Below are positions 35,811 to 50,000 of a stretch of DNA of 64,000 bases, one piece after another. Location: IMG/VR virus record IMGVR_UViG_3300021425_003554. One strand, 5' to 3'. Every line of letters starts with the position of its first letter. The first letter of the stretch is position 1. The DNA comes from a virus (taxonomy: Duplodnaviria > Caudoviricetes). The position numbers and the translations under genes were made by a program. The notes beneath the pieces are model-generated. The model made no database searches and was not told the origin of the DNA. It saw only the letters and a program-made list of their open reading frames with translations.

Positions 35811-37337
35811 TTAGCACCTTCCTACTACAATATTAATTGCGCCTATTTCTGCGGAATCGTAATCTTCTAATGCTTTTCCTATGATTGTTCCAGGGTTGGG
35901 CGAAGATATTTTTTTAGCCACACCAGGTAATGTGTTGTGTGTTCCTAACATATCACCTTTTCTAATGAATCCCTGTACTTTACATTTGACTTTTCCTAAC
36001 AATGCCACTGCTTGGCCTGTAGCATTTGAATTCATTAGATAAGCAGGATTTTCACTGATTACCCCTGCCACTCTAGTATCATTTCCTCCATTACATTGAG
36101 TAATTTCTTTGTCTCCACCAAATATTACAACAGTTCCTGGCTCGTACTCGGCATCTGATTCGTATATCTCTGCCAAGTCAGCGTACTGCGCCGCCGCCGC
36201 TGTTGTTGTGAGAATATTTGTTGATGGATTATAACTTAGACCACTATCTGTATATAGACTTTGCGATCCTGTTCCTGTAACAAAGGTCGGATATACTGTT
36301 GTATTTTCTGTGTTCTTTGCCGTGACGGTGACCGCATTTGCCGTTGATGCTGTTCCTGTTAAATTTCCTGTGACGTTACCTGTTATTGTACCTGTTGATG
36401 TTATTGTACCTTTGACATCAATGGAACTAGGATATGTCGTTGTTCCTACTTCAACTATATTTTCTGCCGCATTTAAAGTCAATATTGGTTTTATGATACC
36501 ACCATCTGTGATTTTAAAAATTATATCTTTGTTGTTTTCGATGTTACTGATAACACCTTCGTATGTTGCCTGTGATGTAAATTTGAAATTGTTCTGACCT
36601 CCAACTGTCAATCCTGTTGTATCCAAAGTTACCCCGGCAGGTTTTAAAACAAAATCAGACGCTTGATAATTACCCACTGAATCAGCATTTGTTGCCGTGC
36701 CATAAAATTTATATGTGGACGATTTAGGTAAAGATGTGCCAGGCACATATTCTGTTCCTGGTCTGTTTATTGTGATACCTTTATAGATTGTATGAAATCC
36801 TGCTATCGAAGTTTTTGGTTGGTAGTTGTCCTCTTTGCTGAATACTGCAATAGTTGTGGCATTGTCTTTGAGTTGTTGCAATTGAACATCCGAATCATCT
36901 GATGCTTTTTTTATATCATTGAAAAACAAACCCGATGCTGTTGTAGAAGCCGGGCCTACTAAAACGTGTTCGACCCCGTTGTTAAAATATAATTGTTGTG
37001 TTGATTCTTTTACCCAAAGGTCTCCTGCTGTTGCCTGAGATGGTTCTGTGTTTTGATATGTGGCACCGCCCGCAGGTTGAAAAGATGTTCCTGCATATAC
37101 TTTTAATTTACCTGAGGTTTCATCGAACCAAAGTTGTCCTTTTACTGGTTTTGTGGGTGCTGTTGTGTTTGAAAAATTTTCTAGCAAGTGTAAAAAATTT
37201 TCAGCAATGACCTCTCCGTAACCGGAATAACCTTTTCCTACTAACCTTAAATCTGTCTGATTGTTTACTGTTCCGTCTGACACCACAAACTGATTTGGTG
37301 AAGCAGAACTATTTGTTTTGTTTACTATGTAAGCCAT
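35811..37337 (-). CDS. tail-fibre-like protein with C-terminal chaperone/autocleavage domain
   Basis: MAYIVNKT...GKGYSGYGE...ENF...GQLWFD; C-terminal YADLAE...GVIS.NPAYLMN...ALLGKV.CKV. Confidence 0.75.
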   Translation of the reverse strand: MAYIVNKTNSSASPNQFVVSDGTVNNQTDLRLVGKGYSGYGEVIAENFLHLLENFSNTTAPTKPVKGQLWFDETSGKLKVYAGTSFQPAGGATYQNTEPSQATAGDLWVKESTQQLYFNNGVEHVLVGPASTTASGLFFNDIKKASDDSDVQLQQLKDNATTIAVFSKEDNYQPKTSIAGFHTIYKGITINRPGTEYVPGTSLPKSSTYKFYGTATNADSVGNYQASDFVLKPAGVTLDTTGLTVGGQNNFKFTSQATYEGVISNIENNKDIIFKITDGGIIKPILTLNAAENIVEVGTTTYPSSIDVKGTITSTGTITGNVTGNLTGTASTANAVTVTAKNTENTTVYPTFVTGTGSQSLYTDSGLSYNPSTNILTTTAAAAQYADLAEIYESDAEYEPGTVVIFGGDKEITQCNGGNDTRVAGVISENPAYLMNSNATGQAVALLGKVKCKVQGFIRKGDMLGTHNTLPGVAKKISSPNPGTIIGKALEDYDSAEIGAINIVVGRC

Positions 37338-37342
37338 TTATC

Positions 37343-37999
37343 TTATTCCGTAAATGTTGTTAATGACTGAATTCTCAATGTGTAGTCAATTTGTATTAGC
37401 CTATTCAAAGATTTTTGTACAGGGTGGAATATGACATGAGTCAATAATTTGTTTGTTGTTCCATTTTCTGTACCTTCCCAACTTACTAATCCTAACTCAT
37501 CAAACACATAATCACCATTAAAATTTGTTGTGTTATCAAATGCGGCTTGACCTGTTGGTTCTCCATAATCCAGTGTACAAGTCACCACTATGTCTGTGTA
37601 CTTGTTTCCTGCTGTATGTCTTGTTTCAATTTTATTTCTCGTTGTGTCTTTATTCGATGTTGAATTATCATCGATTACTTTATAATAAGTTTTGTTATAC
37701 AATGATGCATTTGTTCCTGTGGTATTTGGTGTTAGATACGTGATTATTCCTGTTTCGTCCACTGATGTTCCTCCATTACCAAATGCCATCTCGTGTATGA
37801 ATCCTGTGCTTTTGTTGGCCAAACTTTTTGCAAGAGATATACTCATATTTTCATAATGGATTGCATTTCTTTTATCCACAATCACTTCGCCGGATGTTGG
37901 ATCCCAAATTTTAATATGCCCTTCCATTTTGATACCACTCTTGTCTTGAGGCTTTTTTTCTTCTATTTTTATGTTTTTAGTATTTTCTTGATCAGTCAT
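37343..37999 (-). CDS. virion structural protein (baseplate-fibre region)
   Basis: EGHIKIWDP, MAFGNGG, DELGL, THVIFHPVQKSLNR; ATG at 37999 preferred over 38023. Confidence 0.65.
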   Translation of the reverse strand: MTDQENTKNIKIEEKKPQDKSGIKMEGHIKIWDPTSGEVIVDKRNAIHYENMSISLAKSLANKSTGFIHEMAFGNGGTSVDETGIITYLTPNTTGTNASLYNKTYYKVIDDNSTSNKDTTRNKIETRHTAGNKYTDIVVTCTLDYGEPTGQAAFDNTTNFNGDYVFDELGLVSWEGTENGTTNKLLTHVIFHPVQKSLNRLIQIDYTLRIQSLTTFTE

Positions 38000-38006
38000 C
38001 TTATTG

Positions 38007-38014
38007 TATTTATT
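38007..38014 (-). promoter_or_regulatory. T4-like late promoter candidate (AATAAATA)
   Basis: 7 nt upstream of ATG 37999; overlaps the stop codon of the giant ORF. Confidence 0.45.
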
Positions 38015-41000
38015 CAGGTGCATTTGTTGGTTCTCCGTCTATGAATTTAGCCTGTATTGTTGTAGCATTTTGTAAACCCGTTCCATCAGAAGCAGAGTTT
38101 TCGCCCTGTGCATACCATACTTGACCACGTTTTTGTAATATTTTTACCTGTGTTCCAGATGCAGGTGCTGACGATAAAGTCACTGATGCTGTTGATCCGT
38201 CCACAGTGTAATTAGTTGTGCTACCATCTTCGCCAGTGATTAACAATCGTTGACCACCAATGAATATGTCTAATTCGCTGGCAGAAGATGGTGCATATGT
38301 TGTGGTAAATGTAACTGTGCTACCGTCACCTGTGTATGTTTTGATGTGTATAGCATCAGCATAAGGCACCGTTTGTTGGGCTCCTGCGTCTACCACTTTT
38401 GCGCCGGAGGCATGTGCCTTAATTCCTGTTCCGAGTGTTCCTCTACGTAAATTTCCTAATACATTTCCATTCTTGTAAAAATATTCAATTCTTTCTTTGA
38501 CTATGAACACCACTCCCGGTTTCAATGTACTACCATCGACCGGATTCAACCTGCTACCTTCCTCAACTGTTATGGTTTCATCACCAATATCTAATGGTAA
38601 CGACAGTTTTGTCGTGTGTGTTTGACTTATTCTTTTGTAGAACGTTCTGTTCAACATATCTTTAAAAATTCTATAGCCAACAGCATTGATCGCCGAAACT
38701 GCCTTGAAGTACATCACATCTATCCTGTCTGTGAGTAGTATGTTTCTTGAATAAATCTTAATCCTATTTCCTTCCACTAGATAATCATGTCCTGCTACCA
38801 AGGTCTCGCCATTTAACCAAACAAAAACATAATCACTCTTTGTGGGAGTATTTTCTAAATAAAACTCGCCGGAGTATACTCCTTCAAAAACTTCTCTCTG
38901 TTGAGTTGCTCCCAAGGCATTGTTAAATGTCGTGACTGTCAGAGTACTATTTTGTGTCAATGATAACCCGTCGGTTGCGATTTGTGTAGGATCTAGTATT
39001 ATGTCAGATCCTTCGTTGTAATAATGATTACCTATCAAGGTTGTGATGGCTATACTATCTGTCGATAACGGAACTGATAACATTTCTACACTCTGTGTGG
39101 CAGTGTTTATTCTATAATCCGAATATAATACTTTTTGTCTGCCATTTACGTAAACTTTGATTTTTGTTAAATCATTAATCGATGACGTTGAAGGAGATAT
39201 TAATACTCCAAATCTATAAACACTTACAGAAGTGTTCGAACCCGCATTTGATGATGCTTTCAAAGATAATGTGTTTCCAGTAATGCTGGATGAAAAGTTT
39301 AACTGATTTGTTCCGCCACTTGTTGTTATTGAAGGATCAGCATTCAAATAAACATTATTACTTCCGTTGTGTATCAAATTGACTTGATGAATCGATGATT
39401 CTCCTGTGTCGGTATTTTTACTAACAATCACATAAAATCCAGCATAGTAATTAGTAATCAAGAAACTATCAATAGTTTGTTCTGCAGATCCAATAACAAC
39501 AGATCCACGATTGTTGGTACCATCTGATATTTCATCATGTTTCAATAATATTCTATAAGCACGAATCTCTAAACCAGGTTCGTGTCCTGTAACTCGCAAT
39601 CTCACATCTGTTCCTGAAATGTCTGCATCAACGCTGACAAGATCATTACTACCTGTATTCACGTTATTAAACTCACTAACAAAAGCATCAACGTCATTAT
39701 GAACTGCTAATACTTCCAAATTAGAATATTCAGATTTACTAGAATTTTTAACTGATATGAAATATTTTGCTCCTCTGTATGTGCTTTTATTCCAACTGTC
39801 AAATGTTATTGTAGAACTATCAGTGGTTGATCCAGTGATCGTGGATTCTGTACCCAACGCCGATGATGATGTGCTGGTACCTAATCCTATACGAATGAAT
39901 GACGAAGTGTTCGAATCACTACTACCTGTTCCGTAAACTTCTAAATTCGATCCATTGATGCCAGTGCTGTACGTTGTATGACTGCTAGATCCAGTGTTGA
40001 CTCTGAACGCATCTGATATTACTGCGATTGTGCCGTTGTGTGTGACGGACATCACTGATGTTTCGTAATCACCGGAAACTATATTTTTATTCACTGTCAG
40101 ATACCAAGCACCATCGTAAGTTGATGTTGGTATGGAATCCACTACTGTTTGTAAAGTACTGATATTTTCTTTTGATCCTGTTGAAACTGTTTCATAACCA
40201 GAAGAACTTACTGACAATCCACTTGTAGAAAATCCTCTGTAAGAAAAATTCGATGTCGACCCATCTCCTATGTAATATCTGTTATCCGGACCTCTCAATA
40301 TTTTTCCGTCTAACTCCACCATTGTTAAACTGTCATAAGGTCCTACTGCCCCTGGTGGATAAGTCAATCCAAGTCTCACTGTGCTTCCGTCATATGTCAA
40401 TGACTGTGTTCGTAATTCGTAATATGCTCTACCCGATGTTGATGGTTTGTTGAATGACGCTATCTGTACCAATTTTCCAGATGCAGGTGGATTTGCTGTT
40501 GATCCATCACCACTATGTAAATCAACTGTTATCAATTTATTATTAACAGTTGTAGTGAAATTTGTTGTTGGTGTTCCGTCTATCGTAACATATAACTGGC
40601 TGGTCGTTGCACTGACTGATTGTCGTATGATGATGCTGGCACCATCAGACGGTGCGTCTTTTAGTGTAACAAACGATGTTGTTCCATCAACTGTGTAATT
40701 TATTGTGGCTCCGTTGACTCTATCTAATATCACACCATCTATGAAAATTGTCAAATCACTGGCATATTGTGGTGCACTGACGTCTGGACTTGTTGCGAAA
40801 ACTTTTGTGCTACCGTCACCTGTGTGTGACGTATTATATTGTATTTCTTTGGATTCGAAATCATTTCTCGTTGATGTTGAAAAACTAGATGTTGATCCGT
40901 CACCAGTGAAAGTGTCCAGCACCATGTAGTTCACTCCAGAAATAGCAAAACTTCTGATACTGATCGTTTCACCATTGTTGGGTGTTGAATTTAAAGTTAT

Positions 41001-44000
41001 TGTTTTGTTTCCCACGTCAACTGTGTAATCCGTTCCAAGTCTTTTTACCACACCGTTTATAGATACTATAACCGAATCTTGTGTACCCGGATATTGTCCT
41101 ATATCGAATGTGTTTGTTGTTCCGTTCGCGATGTAATTTTTTTGCATCACAAAAGGCACACCTGATTCTGGTGCTGTGTAAACTTTGATGTCTACTGTAT
41201 CAAAAATACTACCTGGTAAATTTTCTTCTGGTGCGTAACTGGTTTCCGGAGTTATGAAAGCATCGCCTTCTAGGATTATGTCACTAGGCGATTGGCCCAA
41301 TACCGATTTTAAATTTCCGCCTGACACTATGCTGTCTAATGTGTCATCGTCTGTGGGAGTTAACACTCCATCCGAATCAAAAGGAATCAACTCGATCAAA
41401 GTATCTGCACTTGCTGGCAAGCCGTCATCGCCTCTAATTGTAAATGATGTTGTTGAACCATCACCTCTGATCACTGTCTTGAATTGTCTCACACGTTTTT
41501 TATTTGCTTGAGCAATAATAGAACCAGTTCCCACTGTGGAATCACTGATGTCAGTGAAATACACCGTGTAGACATCGGTTGGTTTAGGAGCACTTGAAAT
41601 AGTATTAACTTGTTGTATAACAACAATATTTGCACCATTTGCCGGTGCATCTTTGAATACTACGTATGGTGTTGTACCATTAACAGTATAGTTTAATGTA
41701 CTACCATCGATGGATACAGGATCTAATCTAACATTATTAATAAAGATTTTTAAATCATAGATAGTTCTTGGTGCATTAGTTGTTGTACTAGTTGAAAATA
41801 CTTTAGTACTACCATCACCGGTGTGTGTAAATTCTACTTCTTTAGGTTCAAAATTGAATACTATTGTACTGCCATCACCGTAGAATCTAACACTCTGTGC
41901 CAATCCGTAAGTGTCCCAGGTTTGATTATACCAGTCGTCAACGTCCCATCCTTGTGATTTGTCAAATGCTAAACCTGTGACCATCACTCCACCATAATCC
42001 ACTCCAGTCATGACCTGAGATAACTCGTTTCCTGGCATTCCTGATTGTGGTGCGTATAGACCTAATGTTCTTTCTGCCGCTGTGATGTATGATTCATCTC
42101 CTCTGAGTTTTATTAAGTTGTTTAATCCTTCGCTAAATTTTATAGAACTTGTAAAGGCTGTTTCAACTTTGTAAAAATCATTCTCATACCTTAATAGATC
42201 ACCAACAGAATAACTTGTATCCTTGGTCCAAATCAAAACATTTCCTGTTCTTTGTACCCTGTCAAATTTAATTGTTGTTTCTATATCTCTCACTGCATCA
42301 TTTTTTAATACTGCATATGCTTTTGCTGATGATGACGGAGTGTTGTTGTTCGTGCCGCCGCCGGTGATCACCACTGTTGGTGTTGCTGTGTAATTTGATC
42401 CCGGTGTTAAAACATCGATCCTTATCACTTTTCCTCCGGATATGACTGCCCTAGCAGTCGCTTGTAGTGTGTCCGCTGTCGCATATGTGTTGTATAAAGA
42501 ACTCGCTGATGCCTGTGAAACCGATCGACCAGTTTGAGGAATGTAAAATTTTATACCTGGGTATTCCTGGAATGTAAATTCATCACTTAATCCTGTACCA
42601 CCCGATTGTGAGTCTGCTAGATTGGCATCTGCCACCGCGGTATAGGCCGGATAGAAATATCCCGATGTTCCTGATGTTGGTCCTGACAGGCTCAATCCGT
42701 TCACTTGGAAAGGTCCTGTAGTTGTTGTCGCGCCGCCCACCAATGTGATTGTTGGGGCAGTTATATAACCCGAACCGCCATTGATAACTCTTATAGAACT
42801 GACATATTTTTTATAATTGTTTTTCCATTCGTTGTATGGATAAGAATTTAACAATGTCAGATCTGCTTCATTTGTCAATGATAAGTTTCTTATGACAGAA
42901 CCATCATAAATTGCTGGTAAATCAAAGTCGGTATTTGTTCCTTGTTGTGTGTCTAACTTTGTGTAACCCAATTTATATTCTCGAATTTTTGTGTGGAAAG
43001 GTTTGACTTCATTGATGTATGATTCCACATAATTCTCTGTTCCAATTTTGTAAGTTTTTCTTTGATCTAACGGTCTTAAAAAGTTAGTTACATTTATAAA
43101 TGATGTTTTTGCCAACCAATCAACATATATTTGTTCTTCTAAAACTTTTCTTAAACCTATAAAAAATATGTTATTGTACTCAACTAGTAAATCACCTATG
43201 AAAATATCATCTCTCAATGCCTGTAATATTTTTCTTAATTCTATTGTTGGTTCATCGTCAAAGAAGTTTCCATCATATGTGTCCAAACCAGCAAATCCCG
43301 ATGCTTCAACTGTGTAGTCATACAGAGCTCTAGAAAATTGTATTGTTCCGTTTTGGGTGGCGATATTATCCCATCCTGTATTTGTTTTTACAAAAAGTTT
43401 CCATCCTCCGGTATCTGCTAGAGTGACTTTAATAATTTTTCCCACATCTACCGATAGAGTGTCTAATTGATATTGATACGTGACAGTTTGATCAATAATG
43501 CTATCAACCGAATAACCAGAAGCATACCAATCTACATAACTGTAATAGTTGCTTGTTTTATAAGTTTGAACTTTGTTTCTGTTCCACTCAGTTCCCGACC
43601 ATTGATAAACCGCCCAAAGATTTTTACTGTTGACTTCATCGCTTCTTACCAACACATTCAATACTCCGCTGATGTCATTGGTATTGATGTAAGTTAAATC
43701 TGCATATGTATCGACTGCCGTATCCCATTCTCCCGAAGTACTAGTAGGTTCCGGATCTTGCGAATCTAGATTTTTATAATTGATACTGTTGGCAATTTGA
43801 TATTGTGTTAATATTGAATTTGTATATTGTATTATTTCCTGCACAGCATTTAATCTGTTGACATACCAACTTTGTCTAGGTCTTATAGAATTTCCGTATC
43901 TCTGACTCAAAGGTAACGATAGATCAGGAATTTGGTTTCCATAGATATCAGATCCTGTTAAACTATCCCACCATTTTCTTTCAATTTCCTCTGTTGGTCT

Positions 44001-47000
44001 ATCTAATTTATCTCCCTCTTTAAATAGTTTCCATACCGTGTGATTGTCTCCATCATTTAAATTATTTTTATAATTGATGTTCAAGACTGTGTTATTAAGT
44101 ACCAGACTGTTTTTTACGTTCAAAGTAACCAACGAGTTGGAAGAAGTTATTCCAAAATATTTTATTCCAGATGATAAAGGATCTGCTATGACTCTCGAAA
44201 TATATGCTGTTGAATTTTTTCTTTCCGTGACCTGTTTGTTTAACTCTGGTAAAAATACCGAATTCCTTACCCAATAATAATAATAGTTCACAAAAGTTTC
44301 TGACTGAGGATTGTATTTTTGTTTCAAAGTCACACGCTGGTCATTGTTATCTAAAGGCTGTCCTGATATGCCCAATGCCAAGCCTGCTGGTGTGTCTGCT
44401 CTTACAGACCATTCCGATGGTAACAATGTTGACTCTACCCATTCGTAAATATCAATACTGCTGTTCGGAAACATTCTTCCCCAGTTTTTAGATTTATATT
44501 CCTGGCTACCTTGCTCGTACCATATCCATCTTACTTTAGATAAATCCCACCATACTTCGCCTATGTGTTCTTCTCCCCATGCTTGTTTCCTATCAACACT
44601 AATCAATTGTTCTGTTGATTCAATATTATATGTTGCTGGATCCCATTCAGATTTGAAATTTATTTCTCTGTCGGCGACACCTAGAATTCTGCCTTTTACC
44701 GGATCATAGTAATTCAAATAATCAATTATTTTGTTTGTGGAACTATCAAAAATAAAAGACGATTGTATTTTTCTATTATCTATGAGTGTGCTTTCTGTTT
44801 CTAAAACTTTCCAAGCGTAAGATCCCTTGGTTTTATAATCGTAAACTGTTACTGTACCTCTATCAACTTGTACCGTTGAACCATCTGTCGATAATGCATC
44901 ATCATGAGAAGATCCAACCAAAATTACATTGTCGTTTATGACCAATCCACTGCCAAAACGATCATCACTGCTCAATGTTGTGGTCGTTAATTTATCATCA
45001 ATAACAAATTCCGAATCATATTTTGTTGCCGTAAATGTTGCTCCGGATGATCTATTCTTTTCAACGATGGCCGTGTCCTGTAAATCAAATGTAGTTGCAC
45101 CAAAATCAAATTTCATTTCAGTGGGTGTACTAAAACTTTCAGCACCAATCAATAATCGGTCACCTGTTTTATTGATTTTAACAGTTGATCCAAAACTCAC
45201 ATTGTTTATACCTGTGTTAGGCAATTTAATGGTTTGTTTTAAAGTATAAGTTTCTGATGACGACTGATCGTTCCATTTATAATAATAAACTGCGCCTGTG
45301 TTTGCCACAACACCATCGTCTATGCCAGGAGCCGACACAATCAAAGTAGTCCCGTCACTGCTCATCTCCAACGAATCTCCAAATTGAGTATCATTACTGC
45401 TACCGTCAGCACTGACTCCTGTCAATGTTTGTCTATGAATAAATGTATTTTCTGAAGTTCTTTTGAATATTTCAACTTTACCTGCAGTTTCTGGATTTTT
45501 AGATCCTATAGCAATTATGTCGGCATTGTCGTTTACCGCAATACTGTGTCCAAATCTTTGGCCTGCATCGGCATCTGTACTGGTTAATGTTGTTGTTAAT
45601 GTCCATGAGGTGCTGTCATCTGTGTTTTGCCATTTATATAAAAATACTGATCCTGTGTCAAGGTCATGCCCTGGAACAGTTACAAAAAGATATTTAGGAG
45701 TTGTTGATAACGTAGAATTTTCTATCGGTTCTGCCAATGCTGTTGCCCAACCAAAATTCCAATTGGCAATGCTGGTGCTACCTTCTTGCTCCGGTGTTAT
45801 CGTTAATTGTTCTTCGTATACTTTTGTTGTTGTGTTCCAATTATAAATTGATATTAATCCAGCATCATTATAAATGCTACTGTCACTTATGTGTCTAATA
45901 TTGGCTTGTGGTGCACCTGCGACAACAAAGTTCTCATCAGAACTCATAGTTAAACTATCACCCAGCCTTGTGGTATTATCTGCACCTCGTGTCGTTGTAA
46001 AACTACTTGTTAAATTAAACGTCGACGTAGAATTTGATTCTCTTCTCACAAAGAAATTCACAGTACCTTGTCCGGATTGAGGAGCAGACACGGCAATATA
46101 TCTTCCATCTTCACGTGAAACTATTCTGTGGCCGAACTCCTGATTTGCTGACACTGTCGGTGATGATAAAACATTCGAATTGTAAGGATCAGTTTTTTCA
46201 TATATTTTCCATTTTGAATTTTCGTTGTCTACGAATACAATGTCGCCTGATCGTTCGTTTGTCACATCATCGTCTCTGTATTCATCATAAGAGATCAACG
46301 AGTTAACATTGTCCATGCTTGATATTCTGACACTGATAAATTTATAAACAAGTCCAAAAATTGACAACGTTGATTCGTCTGCCAATATATCTGTAGATAT
46401 AAATTGTTCAGGAGTATCGAATGCAAAAGTTAGTTTATTATTTGCTGGAATTGTGGACACAGCATAGATACCATTCATTGTGTCACGTGAACTGTTTTTG
46501 ATGGCCAGTATGTCATTCACGCTAAATGTATGAGTTTTATCAAACGTTATTTCTAATTCTGTATTATCATTGACTGCTCTGACTGCCACTATTTTTAGAT
46601 TTGCGAAAGTAATTCGTTGTACGTCCCAATCGTTGTTTTGTTTTTTCGCTATCCAAACCAAATCATTGTTGTTGATTTGTGTTATATCCAGATTAAAAAG
46701 ATCGTTTATGCTAAAAGCAGTATGTTGCACATCGGACAATCTAGGAAATCCTGCAACTGGAAATTTTTGTACTGTTTTTCTGTCGTAACCTTCTTGATTG
46801 TAATCGAAATAATCAAATGTGTTTGCTACCTCGTACTCTATAGGAGTAGAATAAAACTCATTTCTATTTACTCTGGCAGATTTAGTCCAGTTCAGGTTTT
46901 CTAAACTGTTATTTGTGAACTCTATACTTTGTATGTTATTTTTAAATGTATTTTGTGGCATTGAGATCTGCAAACTTTGTGTCGCATTAAGATTACCAAA

Positions 47001-50000
47001 TTCTCCAGACTTGATCATCCATTCCGGATACACATTTAGATCAATATTTTCATCATAAAACTTCGCCTTTGTTAATTTATTGATTGCGTTTTGTGTACCT
47101 TTTTCTTTGATGAACCCTTGATAAAATTTATATTGTGAGATATCGTTTGTGAATAGATTGTCTAGATACGTTCTTGATTGATATCCTATTAAGTGTTGTG
47201 CCAATCCCTGTTGTGACTCATCAAAATTGTTTGTTTCCAAATTATAGAAGTCGTTAAATTGAGAAATTTTATAATCAAAGTTGGGAATTAATTGTGGAGC
47301 AGGTTTTTCATCTTTTTTGATCCAATACTCTGCTGTGAATTCATTACCTGCATTATGATTGCTCTTGGCAACATAGAAGCCTGCATTGTACTCGACAGTG
47401 TCTCCGATTTGATAATCGGTATTTGCTGTCCACATACTTACATAGGCCTCATCAAAAACAAACCCTGGTGCGTAATAATCTCCATTCCAATTGGCTGTTT
47501 TCCAACCAATTAATTTTAAACGCTGTTGTCGGAAACCTGTTTGTAGTTGAAAAATTATATCAGAAAATACTGTAATGTTATCAAACAACAGTATGTGTTC
47601 TTTCTGAACAGCATTCATAGACACATTGTATATTCCATCTAACGTTCCTTTTGTTGACATTTCAAATGTGTTACCTATACGTTTTGTACTGATAAATGAT
47701 TTTGGTATTTTCTTACCAGCAGAATTCAATACACTGTATTCTCCAGTGGTGTCGTTTAATTTGTTGATTACGCTGTTGTTGGTTTCGAGGCTGAAACCGT
47801 CTGCTCCCGGACTTAATGTGATGGCAGAACCGGGTGCCCATCCTTGCGTGGTCCAATATAAAAATTCTTTTGCCGATAATTCCCAATTGGATATCTCTTT
47901 TAATTCATTTGAAAACTTATCAAAAATAAATCCTCGAGACTCTAAATATTTTCCATATCCTAATAAAAAATCAACAACTTCTTGTTTGTTTTTGAACACT
48001 GTTCCGTAAGGTATGATAGTTTTCTTATTATCGAATATCTGATAGGCAACCACTTGTTCATTTTCAGACGATAATAAATATTTTTTGCCATTTTTTACCG
48101 GAAGAAAAACATCGAAGTACGGTTTGGCAGTATTGTAACCTATAACTTTATACCCCCCTTCGAGTGTGCTTCCGTCAATGCCTGTTGCACTATTGAGTTC
48201 CACAAGAACGCCTGAATAATCATAGGACTCTACCGGATTACTGGATCTAAACAAGAGTTTATAGTTTTCCTCAGGTATAAACTGAGACCCCGCAGTTGAT
48301 CCTGGACTTATACTGTCTGTCAATATTTTTAAATTATCTTTGTCAGTGAATCCTCCTAGTTTGTATCCTAACTGAACATTTAAGTTTTTCATTTTATCAT
48401 AAAAGAACTTTGCAGGGTCTAAATTTTGACTAATCAAATAGTTTACGACAAGAGGTTGATAACCAGCCGTGCTATATCTTGTCGTGGTTCCAGTTATCGT
48501 ATCTGTAATTGTTTCTAAATGATATTTTACATTTTTAAGAGTTTGGATTGTTTCTGTTTCGGAATTATATAAATTACCTTCCACTGTGGTGATTAATCTA
48601 CTGTTGTCTAAATAATTTCCAAAAAATTTAGCAGGTTTTGTCAATGCCAACATTTTTATAATAGAGAAAGGATACTGAGAACTTCTTCTCCATGCTGTTT
48701 CTCCAGGGCCCTGGTCACCAAATTTCCATTTGGAAGTTGTTCCGTTGTAGGTATACCCAGAAACTAATCCTATAGCGACTGGAGATTTTAATGCTCCAGT
48801 ATCATCGACCGGTAGATAATTTAACAAGTTAGATCTAATAAATCGAGCATTCGCGGAACTGTTCGAATTGTCAAACCCGTTTGCTAGGTCGGTCCACAGC
48901 AATGTATTTCCTGATGTATATGGTGCTGGTCCATATGTTTCTTCCCACCACGTAGGTTTTTCACTGTAACCCAACATTTCCCATGGAGCAATATGTGGTC
49001 TATCTGTGTCATAAAATAGTTTGAAAATACCTCTCCAGTGTCCTGGAAGAAATTGTTCATTGATTGTATCTTTCGACTGACTGTAATTCCATGTAAATTG
49101 ATTTGAATTGTCGTAAAAATTATTTTTTTGATAATCAACTGAATTTTTACCTGCCCAAGCAAAAAAATCTCTGCTCATGATATCATTAATTTCTTTTGTG
49201 GTATATTCACTAGTTGACATAAAGGCCGAAGGCCTTACATCTGTTTCTTTAAGTAAATTATTATTGTGATTTATTTTGCAATTATTGTATATTCTTTTTT
49301 CTAGTTCTAGCAAAATATCATCTCTGTAATCATTATAAGCAATAGTTTTTGAACCATCATGTCCCACTATCACATTTTTTGTTTCAATATATGTGTTATC
49401 TTGTATGATCTCTGGTTTGTATTTTGGATACATTCCAAGTTTTGTCGGTGTTGGAGGTATAAAACTTCCTGTTGTATCAGTGTAATCTTTTATTTTGATA
49501 ACATCACCTGTTGAAAGTGTTGTTAAAATTTTAACACTATCGTCGGTTGTGCTGAAAGTGTAGTCTGTTCCCACTAATAATTGTGTATCATTTTTATACA
49601 GATACACTGCCCTATTACTAGTTTTTGAAATATCAAAAAGAGAATCAATGGCGTAATCCACAATTGTGGGATCGTTGACTGTATAAGTTCTTGTTGAAAC
49701 ATTTGCTCCATAACCCACCATGTCCTCATAAAAGAAAGGAAACGAATTGTTTTTTTCGCCGGCCATCCCTTTTAAAATTTCATCTACTCTATCTGCGGCA
49801 TTTTGATTATATGTTGTTCCAACATTGAATGTAAGAAAATTTTCTTTGAAACTTTGATATTCTCGAGAACAATATTCTATGGCTCTGATAGCGTTTGAGT
49901 TTTCGTCTATGAGAGAAAAGACAGCCTGCGGCAAAGGCGATTGGTGTTGGATAATCGATCCTCCCAACGCTCTAAAACCTGGAAGATCTCTAAGATTGCT

